A stretch of DNA of 64,000 bases from Zootoca vivipara (Eukaryota), in NCBI RefSeq assembly GCF_963506605.1, contig NC_083288.1, positions 45,694,001 to 45,758,000 on the forward strand, written 5' to 3'. Under the pieces are notes generated by a model. It was given only the letters and a program-made list of their open reading frames with translations, had not been told where the DNA came from and searched no databases. Below, piece after piece: positions 37,990-50,554 of this stretch. The position numbers were made by a program, and so were the translations under genes. Each line of letters opens with the position of its first letter. The first letter of the stretch is position 1.

Positions 37990-38248
37990 CAGTGGTACCT
38001 CTGGTTGCGAACGGGATCCGTTCCGGAGGCCCGTTTGCAAAATGAAAAGGCCGCATCCTGAAGCCCCAGATCTCACACGCGTGACGCAATGTAGCGCTTC
38101 TGCGCATGCTCAAAGCATGATTTAGCATTTCTGCCCATGCGTGCAGGTTACGGACGCTGGAAGTAACCCGTTCCAGGACTTCCAGGTTCGGCCCATTCAC
38201 AACATGAAAAGACGTATCCTGCAGCGAACATAACATGAGATATGACTG
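37990..38248. mobile_element. Tc1/mariner-type MITE
   Basis: TA-CAGTGGTACCTC...GAGATATGACTG-TA. Confidence 0.7.
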
Positions 38249-39575
38249 TATGTTTTATTTACAGGATGAGGATTGGAAACCTATTCAGATGTTCCCAAAA
38301 TATGAAGTATTTCATAAGTTAAGGCAGGCACATAATTGTCTGACATCCTCATTGCCATTAGCTTTCAGGAACCACTTGTTGAAGTCTGGTCTGATCTTGT
38401 AGGCTTTTACTGCTAATCAGGAAATACATACATGCACACACTTTCTAGTTTTCTAGATTTCTTGCTGCAGTACACATCATGAATTAGAGAAGCACCATTT
38501 AATACTTTGGAATTGACTTGTGGCAAACCTGCCCAAATATCCCCTGACCTCATTAGACTACACGAGTCATCATACCCAACACTGAAGCCTTGCCAGCACC
38601 ATCCTATGGCTATGCTACAAATGTCACATTCACACAAACACATCCTTAGGGCAGGGGGGAAACTGCAACGTCCTATAAAAGATTTGCATTTTTTATTTTA
38701 TTCATTTACAGCATTTACACCCTACCCTTTATTTTTTAAAAATGCTTTCAGAGCAGGTTACAGAGTAAGTTCTAAGATGGTTCCACCATTAGGTTCACAA
38801 ACTAAAAAGCCATGACACATAAGGAAAGAGGAAAGGGGAGGGAGGAGAGAGAATCAAGCTCAAGCACAACTCCTTAAAGTTATAGCCCTTAATGTTACAT
38901 GTGGTGTTGGTGATCATTCCAGTTGTCTTTCCCTCTCTGGGAGCATCTATACCTCTCCTTCCAGATAGGGTTTAGGAGGTGACAACCTCCAGGCATCTCC
39001 TGTCACACAGATCTTCCCTTATTCATGTCATTGTAGGGAAAAGAATTCAACCTAATGTGTACTAGTTTATTTATTTCACTTTTAAAAAAAAGAGATAAAA
39101 AATGCATGAAAGCAACTATAGTACAAAAGTAACTAAAACAATAAGAAAGCCAAAGTTGAATTTGCCCACAGTAGTATATGCTTTGTTTGTGACACGATCT
39201 CTCAGTAAAGAAGTAAAATTGCTTTATTTGATCTTTGTGGGCCATTCTTTCCTTTCAACTTCAAAAGAATGCAACAGTAATTTGACAATTCAACACAATT
39301 TGATTATTTCTTTTTTTAAAAAAAGTATCCAACTGTACATGAAAATTCGAACTATTCCTTACGCTTTGGCCACAAATTTATTCTGCCCACATTTTGTCAA
39401 TTCCTTTAATTTCTCACCCAGTTTTGAAACATCTCTATAAAGTAAGTCCCCATTTCATGAAAAGGAACCATGCTGAGCTATGAGTGAGTTGCCCAATGCC
39501 ACCTAAGTGAGTTCATAGTCACAGTGGGTATGTATATGAAGATGCTAAGATCTAATGTCTCATTTCTCAGGCATA

Positions 39576-39920
39576 GCCAGGTGGCGCTGTGGTTAAACCA
39601 CTGAGCCTAGGGCTTGCCGATCAGAAGGTCAGCGGTTCGAATCCCTGTGACAGGGTGAGCTCCCGTTGCTTGGTCCCAGCTCCTGCCAACCTAGCAGTTC
39701 GAAAGCACGTCAAAATGCAAGTAGATAAATAGGAACCCCTACAGCGGGAAGGTAAACGGCGTTTCAATGTGCTGCTCTGGTTTGCCAGAAGCGGCTTTGT
39801 CATGCTGGCCACATGACCTGGAAGCTATACGCCGGCTCCCTCAGCCAATAATGCGAGATGAGCGTGCAACCCCAGAGTCGGTCACGACTGGACCTAATGG
39901 TCAGGGGTCCCTTTACCTTT
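39576..39920 (+). mobile_element. Sauria SINE
   Basis: Consensus body and tail. Confidence 0.9.
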
Positions 39921-40137
39921 ATCCCCCCCCCCAACAGTAATAGCATATTCCCTAAACCTCAGGTGCCTACTGTCCATTATCCATTTCTTGTCCATTATAA
40001 ACTGACACCTCCATACCTGGGGAAAATAGCACAAGTATCTGGGTTGATCAGATGCTATTTCTGAGTTCTGTACATCTCCCAGTGAAAAGTTCCACTAGAC
40101 CCAATACCATCCGCCTTGTGCATAATCCTCCTTTCAT

Positions 40138-41085
40138 TTACCATTTGTTGTCCTCAAATACTTTTTTCCTGGTGAATCCCCTTTTCAGGGCTTCTTTCAC
40201 TTCCTTGTTCCTGAGTGTATATATGAAAGGGTTCAGCAGTGGAGTGACTAGGGTGTTTAGGAGGGACACCAACTTGTTCCAACCCAACGAGGCATGTCCG
40301 CTTGGCCTGACGTAGATGAAGATGATCGCCCCATACAGCATGATGACAACCATCAAGTGAGCAATGCAAGTGGAGAAAGCTTTCTGCCTCCCAGAGGCTG
40401 ACGGGATTCTCATCACGGTGGAGATGATGAAGATGTACGAAACCACTGTCATCAGGGAATTGCAGAACACCACAATGGTGGCCACGATGAAGACGATCCA
40501 CTCGATGGGGCGAGTGTCGGTGCAAGCCAGCTTCAGCAACGGTCCAACGTCGCAGTAGAAGTGATTGATGATATTGGGGCCACAGAAAGGCAGCCGGAAC
40601 ACTAGAATCGTCTGCACCAAGACCGTCATCAAGCCACCAAGCCAAGAGCCACAAGCCAGCTGAACACAAACCCTACTGCTCATGATGGCATGGTAGTGGA
40701 GAGGGTGGCAAATAGCCATGTAGCGATCATACGCCATGGCGGTGAGAAGGAAGAATTCGGTGGCCCCCAGGAAAAAATGAGAGAATGCTTGAGCTTTGCA
40801 GCCAGCTAGGCTGATCGATTTCTTGTCTGAAAGTAAGTTGGCCAGCAGTTTGGGTATGGTTGCAGTCACATAGATGATTCCTAAGAATGAAAGGTTTCCA
40901 AGGAAGAAGTACATTGGCTTATGTAGCGTGGTGTCATGGACTACAGTGGCCACGATGACAATATTCCCAGTGACAGTCATGGTGTAGATCACCAAGACAC
41001 CCACAAACACTAGAATTCGCACTTTTTGGATGCTGGGGAAGCCCAGTAAAATAAATTCGACCACAACTGTTTGGTTTTCCATCAT
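40138..41085 (-). CDS. Olfactory receptor, family 6, 315 aa from MMENQT
   Basis: [45 protein letters not shown]; acceptor TAATGCAG|GTGATG. Confidence 0.93.
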   Translation of the reverse strand: MMENQTVVVEFILLGFPSIQKVRILVFVGVLVIYTMTVTGNIVIVATVVHDTTLHKPMYFFLGNLSFLGIIYVTATIPKLLANLLSDKKSISLAGCKAQAFSHFFLGATEFFLLTAMAYDRYMAICHPLHYHAIMSSRVCVQLACGSWLGGLMTVLVQTILVFRLPFCGPNIINHFYCDVGPLLKLACTDTRPIEWIVFIVATIVVFCNSLMTVVSYIFIISTVMRIPSASGRQKAFSTCIAHLMVVIMLYGAIIFIYVRPSGHASLGWNKLVSLLNTLVTPLLNPFIYTLRNKEVKEALKRGFTRKKVFEDNKW

Positions 41086-41622
41086 CACCTGCATTAAAAC
41101 ATAGGAAAGAGTTACAAAACCGGGTCAGAGAGATCTTTTATCTAGAAGATGATTCTATTAGGGATGGGTGAATCTGTCAATTTGTGGTTCTCTCTGTTTC
41201 TCCTTTATCTAGCCTCTTCACATTTCGAAACCAATTTTGTATGCTTTTTAACTATCCATATATACAGCATGAAGAAATGATTACATTCTCTGGAAAAGAG
41301 AATATAACAGTTCCAACACTACAATTCTATGAATCTCTCTGTACCACTTTAGCCTTCCTTCTAAGGAGAACAAAACACACAATTCTCCATACATTCCTTA
41401 CACCTCCACACATGTAGATAATTGAACCATATGATTTCACTTTAAAGTGAGCTTTAGGGATTTTGAAATCAAAATTTAAAATGTCAGATTTGAACTCAAG
41501 AAAATTAGAAGGTAAAGTCCAGGTTGCAAATAGCATTTCAGATTTAGTTTTGCAATTTGGGCAGAAAACTTATATGGCTCTGTAAAAAAATATTCATTTA
41601 ATGTTCTGGAGTAAGTGTATAC

Positions 41623-41624
<2 letters not shown>

Positions 41625-41666
<42 letters not shown>
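41625..41666. repeat. (TTA)n microsatellite
   Basis: Read directly from the sequence. Confidence 0.9.
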
Positions 41667-41667
<1 letters not shown>

Positions 41668-41971
41668 TAAAAAGGTGTGAGATTGTGGCTCTGAAGACAC
41701 GGTGCTGTTTAGAACCTCAAAACATTCACACATAAAAGTTACAGCAATAGATGGAGATGAAGTAAAGCATATACTTAATTCCTTTTGTTTTCTGCTGTAA
41801 GATTTTCAAACATTGCCACTCAGTTCCTTAAGTGGCATGATAGGACTATCAATTGAGTAAAGCTTTTGCAGTTGACCAATAACTTTGCACAATCAATGAA
41901 AATATGGGTCCCTGGCTCACCACCCACCCCACTGTGCTGCAACCACCTTGTTCAATAACAAATAGCACTTG

Positions 41972-42532
41972 CACCAGCCCGTTACCTGGCGGATATCCAC
42001 TACGTGGAATACCGCAGACTAATTACTGCGGCTAGACTGAATGTCCTTAATTCGGCGGTTTTGAGGGGAAGATTTGGAGGAGTCCCATACGGTCAGAGAA
42101 TGTGCCATTGTGCCTTGGGTGAGGTAGAATCCACAGAACACATTCTACTGAGTTGTCTCTTTTATAATGATTTAAGGCAATATCTTATAGACCCGTATTT
42201 ATCTCAGTTTAGTTCCCGACCAAGAGAACGTCAGGCAGCATATTTGCTAAACAAGCCCACTGGGAAAATAACCTTCTCAGTGGCTAAATTCCTCTTCCTG
42301 GCGCTCAAGTGTCGGAAACGTATAATCGAATGTCTTGATGTGGGTTATCTGTAGGAGGTTTAGTAGCGCGGTCATACCCCATTTATGTATCCCTCTGATG
42401 CCTTCAGTTTTATATTTTTTATATTTTTATGTATCCCTCTGATGCCTTCAGTTTTATATGTTTATCTTTGTCTTGAGAAATGTTTTTTGTTGTTGTTTGT
42501 TTCTGACTATCGGTCGAATAAAGTATATATTG
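41972..42532 (+). mobile_element. 5'-truncated RTE-X-like LINE flanked by 93-bp direct repeats
   Basis: ORF end RGRFGGVPYGQRMCHCALGEVESTEHILLSC (CCHC), stop at 42354, AT-rich 3'UTR, AATAAA at 42517; repeats at 41879-41971 and 42533-42625. Confidence 0.8.
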
Positions 42533-43836
42533 ATAACTTTGCACAATCAATGAAAATATGGGTCCCTGGCTCACCACCCACCCCACTGTGCTGCAACCAC
42601 CTTGTTCAATAACAAATAGCACTTGACTGATGTAAAAAAATAAGCCACACATCATCTTATGATTGAAAAATAAAGAGGGAACTCACATTATTACACATCC
42701 CGACTGGTACTCAGAGTAAACATTTTCTGTTTGTTTCCTGGAAAACATTGTCACATATTCTAGTCTTTGTACAGTATCCACTATTTTCAAAGCACTTATA
42801 ATAATGAGAAAAACAATATATGCAATATAGAGCATGATACTTAATAGCAGCTAAAGACGCTATCAAACTATAACACTGTCTGCCTCTTGCTTCGATGCCT
42901 GTATATGCGCAAATGAGCACAGAAATGAGAAGAAAAAGAACAAATACTTCAGGCATATATCTTTTTGCATTCTACTTGCTGTAGACCACAATGAAGTTCG
43001 TTGGTGCAGGTTTACAGGAGCAGTTTAAATATATGGGAAAGAGTACTTCAGTCCCAACCATTCCCACTAGGGAAATTAAACCACCTGAGAGAGGCAGAGA
43101 AGCACTTTGGGGAACTTAAGATGTGTTTTCCTTGGCAAGAGCCTGGACAAAGACGGAGGGTTTGAATGCTGTGGAGCTGCTGCTGGTGGACTGCTAGCAT
43201 CATATACTCAGAGAATCCATAACACATTATTAAAATACGGAACTTGCTTGCACAGGAAACAGTGGATGTCTTAAAAAGGGGCTTAGGCAAATTATCGGAG
43301 GAAAAGGCTACCAGGAGCTACTAGACATGGTGGCTGAGTTCTACCACCACTGCCAGAGGCAGTAGGCCTGTGAATATCAGGTGGGCAGGGTACTGTTGAA
43401 CTCCTGTCTAGGAGATGAGTAAAAGCTGTAAGACCATAAAATGCATTTCTAGATCAGAGCAGCAGAAAAGGGGGGCATCCCGCTTCCAAAAATTGCTAGC
43501 CAGATGCTTCCTGCCTTGATCATACATGCAAGGGAGGAAGGCAACAGCTTTCCCTTGGGGTTTGCCCTACAACATTTTTAAAAATCCCTCTCTTTTTGCC
43601 AAGAGAATTATAATGCCTATGAACATGGAAAACCTGTTTAGGTCTCATGGCTAATTGCCATTGTTGGAATCATCCTTTAGGGATGTCTCCAATGCTTTCC
43701 TTAAAAACAAAGCAAAATACAAGTGGTTGTAACCAGTCAGTTGGTCAGAGCGTGGTGTTGATAACACCAAGATTCCAGGTTCAATCTCTGTATGGAACAG
43801 CTGCATATTCCTTCATTGCAGGGGTTTGGGCTAGAT

Positions 43837-43972
43837 CAGGCACCCCCAAACTTCGGCCCTCCAGATGCTTTGGATTACAATTCCCATCGTCCCCAACCAC
43901 TGGTCCTGTTAGCTAGGGACCATGGGAGTTGTAGGCCAAAACATCTGGAGGGCCACAGTTTGGGGATGCCTG
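43837..43972. mobile_element. hAT-type MITE (136 bp)
   Basis: TIRs CAGGCAC(T)CCCCAAAC; 8-bp TSD GGCTAGAT. Confidence 0.88.
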
Positions 43973-43980
43973 GGCTAGAT

Positions 43981-44116
43981 CAGTGGTGGCCAAACTCAGC
44001 CCTCCAGCTGTTTTGGGACTACAGTTCCCATCATCCCTGACCACTGGTCCTGTTAGCTAGGGATGATGGGAGTTGTAGTCCCAAAACAGCTGGAGGGCCA
44101 AGTTTGGCCACCGCTG
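43981..44116. mobile_element. hAT-type MITE (136 bp), second subfamily
   Basis: TIRs CAG(T/C)GGTGGCCAAACT; 8-bp TSD GGCTAGAT. Confidence 0.88.
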
Positions 44117-45013
44117 GGCTAGATGATCCTCAGGGTCCCTTCCAACTCTACAATTTTATGATTCTAATAGTTTAGTTCTTTCTGTGCCTTGTGGGAGTAG
44201 AAGTATATAAAGGTAAACATGTGGATAAATGGCCATCTTTTAGGCAAAGAGTAGTCAACACATGGTTCCTGTGTTTATATTTAGTTCCTGGATGTGGAGG
44301 AACTACTTGAAGAGGGAACATTCTGTAGAATTGAATGAGAGTAGAAAGCCAATGTGGGCCTTGAGGCCGAAGAGTAAATTGGGGCCCCCGTCTACTGTAT
44401 TTGAATAATGAGTTTACCTCCAGTGCCTGTTTCCAAGAAAGACTGGGCTTTCCAGTTCCCTCTAGATGTGATGGACTGCAAATCTATGACCATTGGCTTG
44501 TCAGAGATCTGACACAGAATTCTTGTTATAATAAAAGCAGCCAGTCCCTTGTCCCTCAGCCCCGGCCAGCTTAGCCCTCCAAGACCCAGGGCAAATCTAC
44601 CTGGCTGCCCCCAACTCTACAAGGACCTGCTGGACCCTCCTGGATTCTGCAATGACCCAGCTCTTGAAAAGGAACATGAGCAGTGCTGCATCAAAGCTTG
44701 TGTCTGCTACCAGAAGACATTTGCAGCTAAAAGCTGATATGGGCTAGCTTTTTCTCACAGCTGATGTGGCACACTAGAATCTTATGCTAGCTGGCATGTC
44801 CTCTGGATCCTGTGAGTTCAAATAACACCATTGTCTGAGACCAAAAGATACCTAGACCTTCTGAAAGTGTTGCTTAAAACTGCTGAAGATTGGCCATTGT
44901 GATTTCTTTTAATTTTTTTGGCACAGTGGAAGACAGAGACAAACGGTTTCCCAAATTTATTTATCTTTAACCCTCTTTGGCAATAAACGGCAATCAAATC
45001 AAGTCACTCCGCA

Positions 45014-45976
45014 TCAGTTCAGTGGAATTTTCTTTTTAATATTTGCGGCCTTCCTCAAAGCTTCTTTGACGTCTTTGTTCCTCAGGGTGTAGATGAAAGG
45101 GTTGAGGAGCGGGGTTATAACTGTATTCAGCACAGATACCACTTTGTTGACCTCCAGAGAGGAGTTTGCTTTGGGCTTCACGTACATGAACATCACTGTT
45201 CCGTATTGTATGGACACCACCATCAGGTGGGCGGCACAGGTTGAGAAAGCCTTCTGTCGCCCCGACGAAGAAGGGATGCGCAGTATGGTGGAGATGATGA
45301 AGATGTAGGAAATGGCAGTGAGTAAGAAGGAGCTGAACAGGAGAAGGGCCGACCCCGCTAACACTATCTGCTCGAGCAGGTGGGTATCAGAGCAAGCCAA
45401 GCTCAGCAATGGGGTCACATCACAATAGAAATGGTTGATTAGGTTGGGGCCACAAAATGGGAGTTGGCAGATCAAGATGGTCTGCACTATGACAGTGAAG
45501 AAACCTCCCAGCCAAGACCCCAAGGCTAACTGCAGGCAAAGCTTGCTGTTCATGATGATGCTGTAATGCAGTGGGTTGCAGATGGCTATGTAGCGGTCAA
45601 AGGACATTGAGGCAAGCAGGCAGAATTCAGTAGCCCCAAGAAGGAAATGGAAAAAGGCTTGGGTGATGCAACAGTAGAAGCAGATGGCCCTCCTCTCTGC
45701 CAGGAAATTGGCCAGCATCTTGGGCGACAGGGTGGTGACATAAAAGATCTCCAGGAAGGAGAAGTTCCCTAGGAAGAAGTACATGGGGTTGTGGAGATGG
45801 TGATCATGGATGATGATGAAAACAATCAGGATGTTGCCTGTGACAGTGAGGATGTACATAAGCAGAACAGGAACAAATAGATACTTCTGCAGCTCTGCGG
45901 AGCCTGGAAACCCTTGGAGGATAAACTCAGTGAGGACAGTTTGATTTGTTTGAGGCATTTCCCGGAGAAGACTCAT
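45014..45976 (-). CDS. Olfactory receptor, family 6 (OR6X-related), 320 aa
   Basis: [45 protein letters not shown]; N-glycosylation site NQT. Confidence 0.93.
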   Translation of the reverse strand: MSLLREMPQTNQTVLTEFILQGFPGSAELQKYLFVPVLLMYILTVTGNILIVFIIIHDHHLHNPMYFFLGNFSFLEIFYVTTLSPKMLANFLAERRAICFYCCITQAFFHFLLGATEFCLLASMSFDRYIAICNPLHYSIIMNSKLCLQLALGSWLGGFFTVIVQTILICQLPFCGPNLINHFYCDVTPLLSLACSDTHLLEQIVLAGSALLLFSSFLLTAISYIFIISTILRIPSSSGRQKAFSTCAAHLMVVSIQYGTVMFMYVKPKANSSLEVNKVVSVLNTVITPLLNPFIYTLRNKDVKEALRKAANIKKKIPLN

Positions 45977-48507
45977 CTGCCTGACTCCTTTCTATATACC
46001 TGCTAAGAGTGTGGGGGGGAAAGATGAATAAGACAGCAAACTATTGCTGATATTAATATTGTGCAGCTTGAAGGGACTGAATGCATAACAACTGACTCAT
46101 TTCTGAAATAAAAGATTGTCCACGCCCAAAAGTTTGATTCAAAGCTTTACCTGCATAACTTTCTTCAAAACAGAGCAAACAACAACAACAGTAAATGATA
46201 CATCCAAACAGTTCTGTAATATCCAAGTTCATTATCTTAAAAATAACTTTAAACAGGACTGAGGTCAAAACTCTAGCTCTCCCCCATTACAGCCTTCATT
46301 ACAGCCTGAGGTTATGTGCTCCTAGAGTGAGCTCCATTATCAACCAGGATTTGCTACCTGGTACCTTTGTTACCTGATCTAAGGTTAAACACTCATGTGT
46401 TAGCTAGCAGAGAATAACAATAGTTAGTTATCAACAGATCTAGGAGTTTAGAGAGCCCAAAACCCCACATTAAAACCTTCCGTAATGCACAAAGGCATTT
46501 CCCCTTTCGGTGTCAATTATACAATTATACTTAACAAACTAGCTGTATCACCAGCCTGCTTAGATTTCTAGTTTAATTTCAGAACAGGCTCAGGTACCCT
46601 ATGTTAAAGCAATAGGCATGTTATACAAGGGGGAGGGGAGGACACCATACCAGCTGCTCCTAGTATAGATCTGTGGGATTGCATTCCATACATTCTCACC
46701 AATCCATACAACCTTTTAAAGTGAGTATTGCAAGTAGGATGAAAGTTCCCTTTGAGAATCCAGTGAATTCATTCTTGAGGCAGGAATTGAATGATGTATA
46801 AAGAGAAAGAGACATTTAGATTTAGATTTTGTTCCGTCTAGGGAAATGAAACAAAAGTTGAAACTTTTGCAAGGTCCTTCTCTAGCAAATGTACAACCAC
46901 AAGTTAACCTTCCTGGTTTCCACCAAGATAGACACAGCAATGTCTGCTTGATTATTATAGCTCATATCAGAATAATAAGTTTGCTTAATATTTTTCCAGC
47001 CGTGGTGGAGCAATAACAAGCAAGGGAAAATGGTATGCCCCCCTCCAGATGAATAAACATATTTTAGGAGAAAGCAGAACTTAATTTGCTTAAATCTTCA
47101 ATCAGAACTTATTAAACCTCCTTCACATTTCAATCTTAATTTAACACGTAAGTCTTGGGACTTGGCACTTAAACTTCCCATTAGAATTTGGTTCACTTAA
47201 AACACACAACCAAGACTAAGATGGTTGCATTTTAAAAGGCCATTCATTTAACTCATAGTTGCACATCAAAAATCAATTATTTCAATGGGTCCTAATATAT
47301 TATGTATATTATTCTGCTCCTGCTAGTAGCGGGCAATGACAAAAACCAATCCCACTACTAAAACTCAACCAGTCAGGAATAATGCTCACAGATGTCTGGC
47401 ATGTGAGATTTGAAAAGGGATGGAGGTGAGATTTGATTCAGTGTGCACTTCAGTCCAAATCTACCAAATGTGTAATTTCCAAAACAGTATGAGAACCGAA
47501 ATGCAGCTGTGCTTCCAAATTCACACTAAATTTTGCAATGAAGTTCTCCAACCTAGCAATATTAATAAAAATGCATTTTATTGGGAAAGTGTATAAAATA
47601 TGAAAAAGGTTAGTAGGGAAGGGCATACAAAATCCTTTTTATTAGGAGAAATTACTTGCAAAAAAGGTGTACATTAGTCCAAACTGCATATAAAAAAGGT
47701 ATTGATTAAGAAAAATTGCACTAAAATACTGGTTAATTTCTTTTTAGAATTGTATTGCTGCATAATGCAGAGAACTGAATTTAAGATTCCGAAAAGCGAG
47801 GGGGAGAAATAAATAAAATGAAATTGTAATTGATATATCCTTCCATCTCCAGACGCTACCCACAAACTTCCAAACTGATCTTCAGAAACAGTGGTGTGAG
47901 AAATCTGTTTTAAAATGATGAGAGAGAAAAGAGAAATATAAAGTCATGCTCCCTAGCTGCTCTGTGCTCTAAAATTTCCTTCGCCCTGATGCGACTAAAC
48001 CTGTAACTAAGTCAAATTATGTTCAAATTAAGCATACATTATTTCTCTGTGCCTTCCCCGCTTTCAGGTTTTACTTGCAGGAGCACAAACTCTCTGCAGT
48101 GTAAAATACAACATAGTAAAATACAACATAGGCATAGTAGGTAAAATGTACTTACTGAACATGAAATAAATGATATGAAGAAATGGCAAGATCAGCCAGG
48201 ATGAGTCTATTCATACAGCCTATGGACCTTCAACTGCAAGAAATTTGTCTTAGATCACGAACAAAAAACAAGACACAACCAACATTTCTTTAATAGAATC
48301 TAAAACTTTAAACTCAAGGCACTAAAGAAGATATATTCAAATTGTAAGTGACAGCAAGATAATGAGTGCAGATTTTATGAGGACACAATAAATAATACCA
48401 GTTCTCAGTATTATGAGGAACGTCATCTTGGAACTGAGTTATTTTATGTTTTCAATGATTTTATTTCAAACAATGAATTTGTTTTGAAGCAGCAGCAAAC
48501 AATAATA

Positions 48508-48527
48508 TCCTCCAGGGACCTCATTAA
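48508..48527 (-). promoter_or_regulatory. Candidate homeodomain (Lhx2) plus O/E (Ebf) composite site upstream of the OR cluster
   Basis: Minus strand TTAATGAGGTCCCTGGAGGA; extra TAATGA/TTATGA at 48360-48416; minus-strand donor GTAAGT at ~48150-48155. Confidence 0.4.
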
Positions 48528-48598
48528 GAGGGATTTCCTTCTTGTACACTTATTATTCCTCTAACTGGGATTGCTAAACTTATACACTTGCCAATGTA

Positions 48599-48969
48599 AA
48601 AAAACTTCCTTCCAGTAGCACCTTAGAGACCAACTATGTTTGTCATTGGTATGAGCTTTCGTGTGCATGCACATACCAATGACAAACTTATTTGGTCTCT
48701 AAGGTGCTACTGGAAGGATTTATTTTTTATTTTGTTTCGACTATGGCAGACCAACATGGCTACCTACCTGTAACTAGAACTGTGGAAGGCACCACATTGA
48801 GTCGCATGAAATGGAAGTCCATCAACCTGGTATCTGAAGAAGTGTGCATGCACACGAAAGCTCATACCAATGACAAACTTAGTTGGTCTCTAAGGTGCTA
48901 CTGGAAGGAATTTTCTTATTTTGTTTCAACTACGGCAGACCAACAGCTACCTTACCTGTAACTAGAACC
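48599..48969. mobile_element. Non-autonomous Penelope-like insertion (inverted plus tandem pseudo-LTR segments)
   Basis: pLTR sequence in both orientations; 10-bp TSD TGCCAATGTA (48589-98, 48970-79). Confidence 0.8.
48829..48868 (+). ncRNA. Minimal type I hammerhead ribozyme (Penelope pLTR)
   Basis: GGTAT-CTGAAGA-A-GTGTGCATGCACAC-GAAA-GC-TC-ATACC: core CUGANGA/GAAA/UH, stem I GGTAT/ATACC, palindromic stems II and III. Confidence 0.8.
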
Positions 48970-49035
48970 TGCCAATGTAGTTTAGCAAACAGAATTGTTG
49001 ATTTAGAAGAAGAAAACTCACAGTTCAAAGAGAAA

Positions 49036-49102
<67 letters not shown>
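49036..49102. repeat. (TG)n(AG)n compound microsatellite
   Basis: Read directly from the sequence. Confidence 0.9.
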
Positions 49103-49105
<3 letters not shown>

Positions 49106-49481
49106 TAAAAAAACATATCCAAATGTTGATAGTGAATTAGATAGTGAAGATTTGATATCCAACGTCAACATGTGACATATGTAGATGTATCTAAAGCAGA
49201 CAATATTTGTTATATGCCTGGAGTAGCATATAGGCTGAAATATTATACCTCACATGTGTCCATTCAACTGTTTTGATTCATGGAACTGGCACTGAGCATA
49301 AATCTAAACATCACCTTGATATGCCCACTGGAATGAGAAAGACTTTGTAGTGACAAAGAAACTCAGCTAGTTGCTGGTATACCATGAGTTCTCATATTCC
49401 ATGACCACTAGTGGGTGGTAGTGCTCAAGAAACTCGAAGGAACCCATGATCTGGTATTCTAAATCAGAAAACACCACCAAA

Positions 49482-49915
49482 GCATTCCTGACAGATGGCT
49501 GTCAAGCCTCTGCTTAAAGACCTCCAAAGAAGGAGACTCCACCACACTCCTTGGCAGCAAATTCCACTGTCAAACAGCTCTTACTGTCAGGAAGTTCTTC
49601 CTAATGTTTAGGTGGAATCTTCTTTCTTGTAGCTTGAATCCATTGCTCTGTGTCCGCTTCTCTGGATCAGCAGAAAACAACCTTTCACCCTCTTCCATAT
49701 GACATCCTTTTATATATTCGAACATGGCTATCATATCACCCCTTAACCTTCTCTTCTCCAGGCTAAAAATGCCCAGCTCCCTAAGCTGTTCCTCATAAGC
49801 ATCATTTCTAGGCCTTTGACCATTTTGGTTGCCCTCCTCTGGACACGTTCCAGCTTGTCAGTATCCTTCTTGAACTGTGGTGCCCAGAACTGGACACAGT
49901 ACTCCAGGTCAGGGC
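49482..49915 (-). mobile_element. CR1 LINE fragment
   Basis: [34 protein letters not shown] on the minus strand. Confidence 0.9.
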
Positions 49916-50019
49916 TGATCAGCTGCATTGGTTATGTGCAATAAGCATAAAGGGTTTATAAGCCTTTATAAGCATACACCTATTCCTCAAACTTCTTGCA
50001 CAAATGCAATAGGGTAGAT

Positions 50020-50156
50020 CAGGCACCCCCAAACTTCTGCCCTCCAGATGTTTTGGGACTACAATTCCCATCATCCCTGACCACAGGTCCTGTTAGCTAG
50101 GGATGATGGGAGTTGTAGTCCCAAAACATCTGGAGGGCCGAGTTTGGGGATGCCTG
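50020..50156. mobile_element. hAT-type MITE
   Basis: TIRs CAGGCA.CCCCAAACT; TSD GGGTAGAT. Confidence 0.88.
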
Positions 50157-50554
50157 GGGTAGATGATGGGGTTAGTTTGTTTCCCGTTGCTGCAAATGGT
50201 CGGGCATAAACCAATGGGTTCAAGTGAGAAGAATTCTAACAAAGCATTAAAAAGAACTGCCTGGCTGTATGAGATGAACAGAAAGCCTTGGAAGGTGGTG
50301 GGCTGTCCTTTGCCAGTGGTTTTTAAGTGGTGGCTGGGACGACACCTATTAGGGATGTTATAGCAGTAGATTTGTCGCATCAGCAGGGATTTGAAATATA
50401 TTACCATTGAGGTTCCTCTGTGGATTCCCGCCATTCAGATTCCAATGCCATAATTCTAATTAGCACACATAAAATAGATCTTTGCCCAAATCTGCCCCTC
50501 CGCCTTTGAACACTACATTGCCTCTCACAAAACTACTCACCTATATACGTGTAT

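Larger units (their letters stand above)
43720..44166 (+). mobile_element. tRNA-derived SINE with a CR1-like 3' tail, interrupted by two hAT MITEs
   Basis: tRNA-like head (CAGTTGGTCAGAGCGTGG..GGTTCAATC); tail GGGTCCCTTCCAACTCTAC..TATGATTCTA. Confidence 0.6.

Noticed and set aside
8333-41094. ORF-track N-terminal extensions of the ORs
   Set aside because: They begin at GTG/TTG or run into the intron upstream of visible splice acceptors; downstream ATGs were used.
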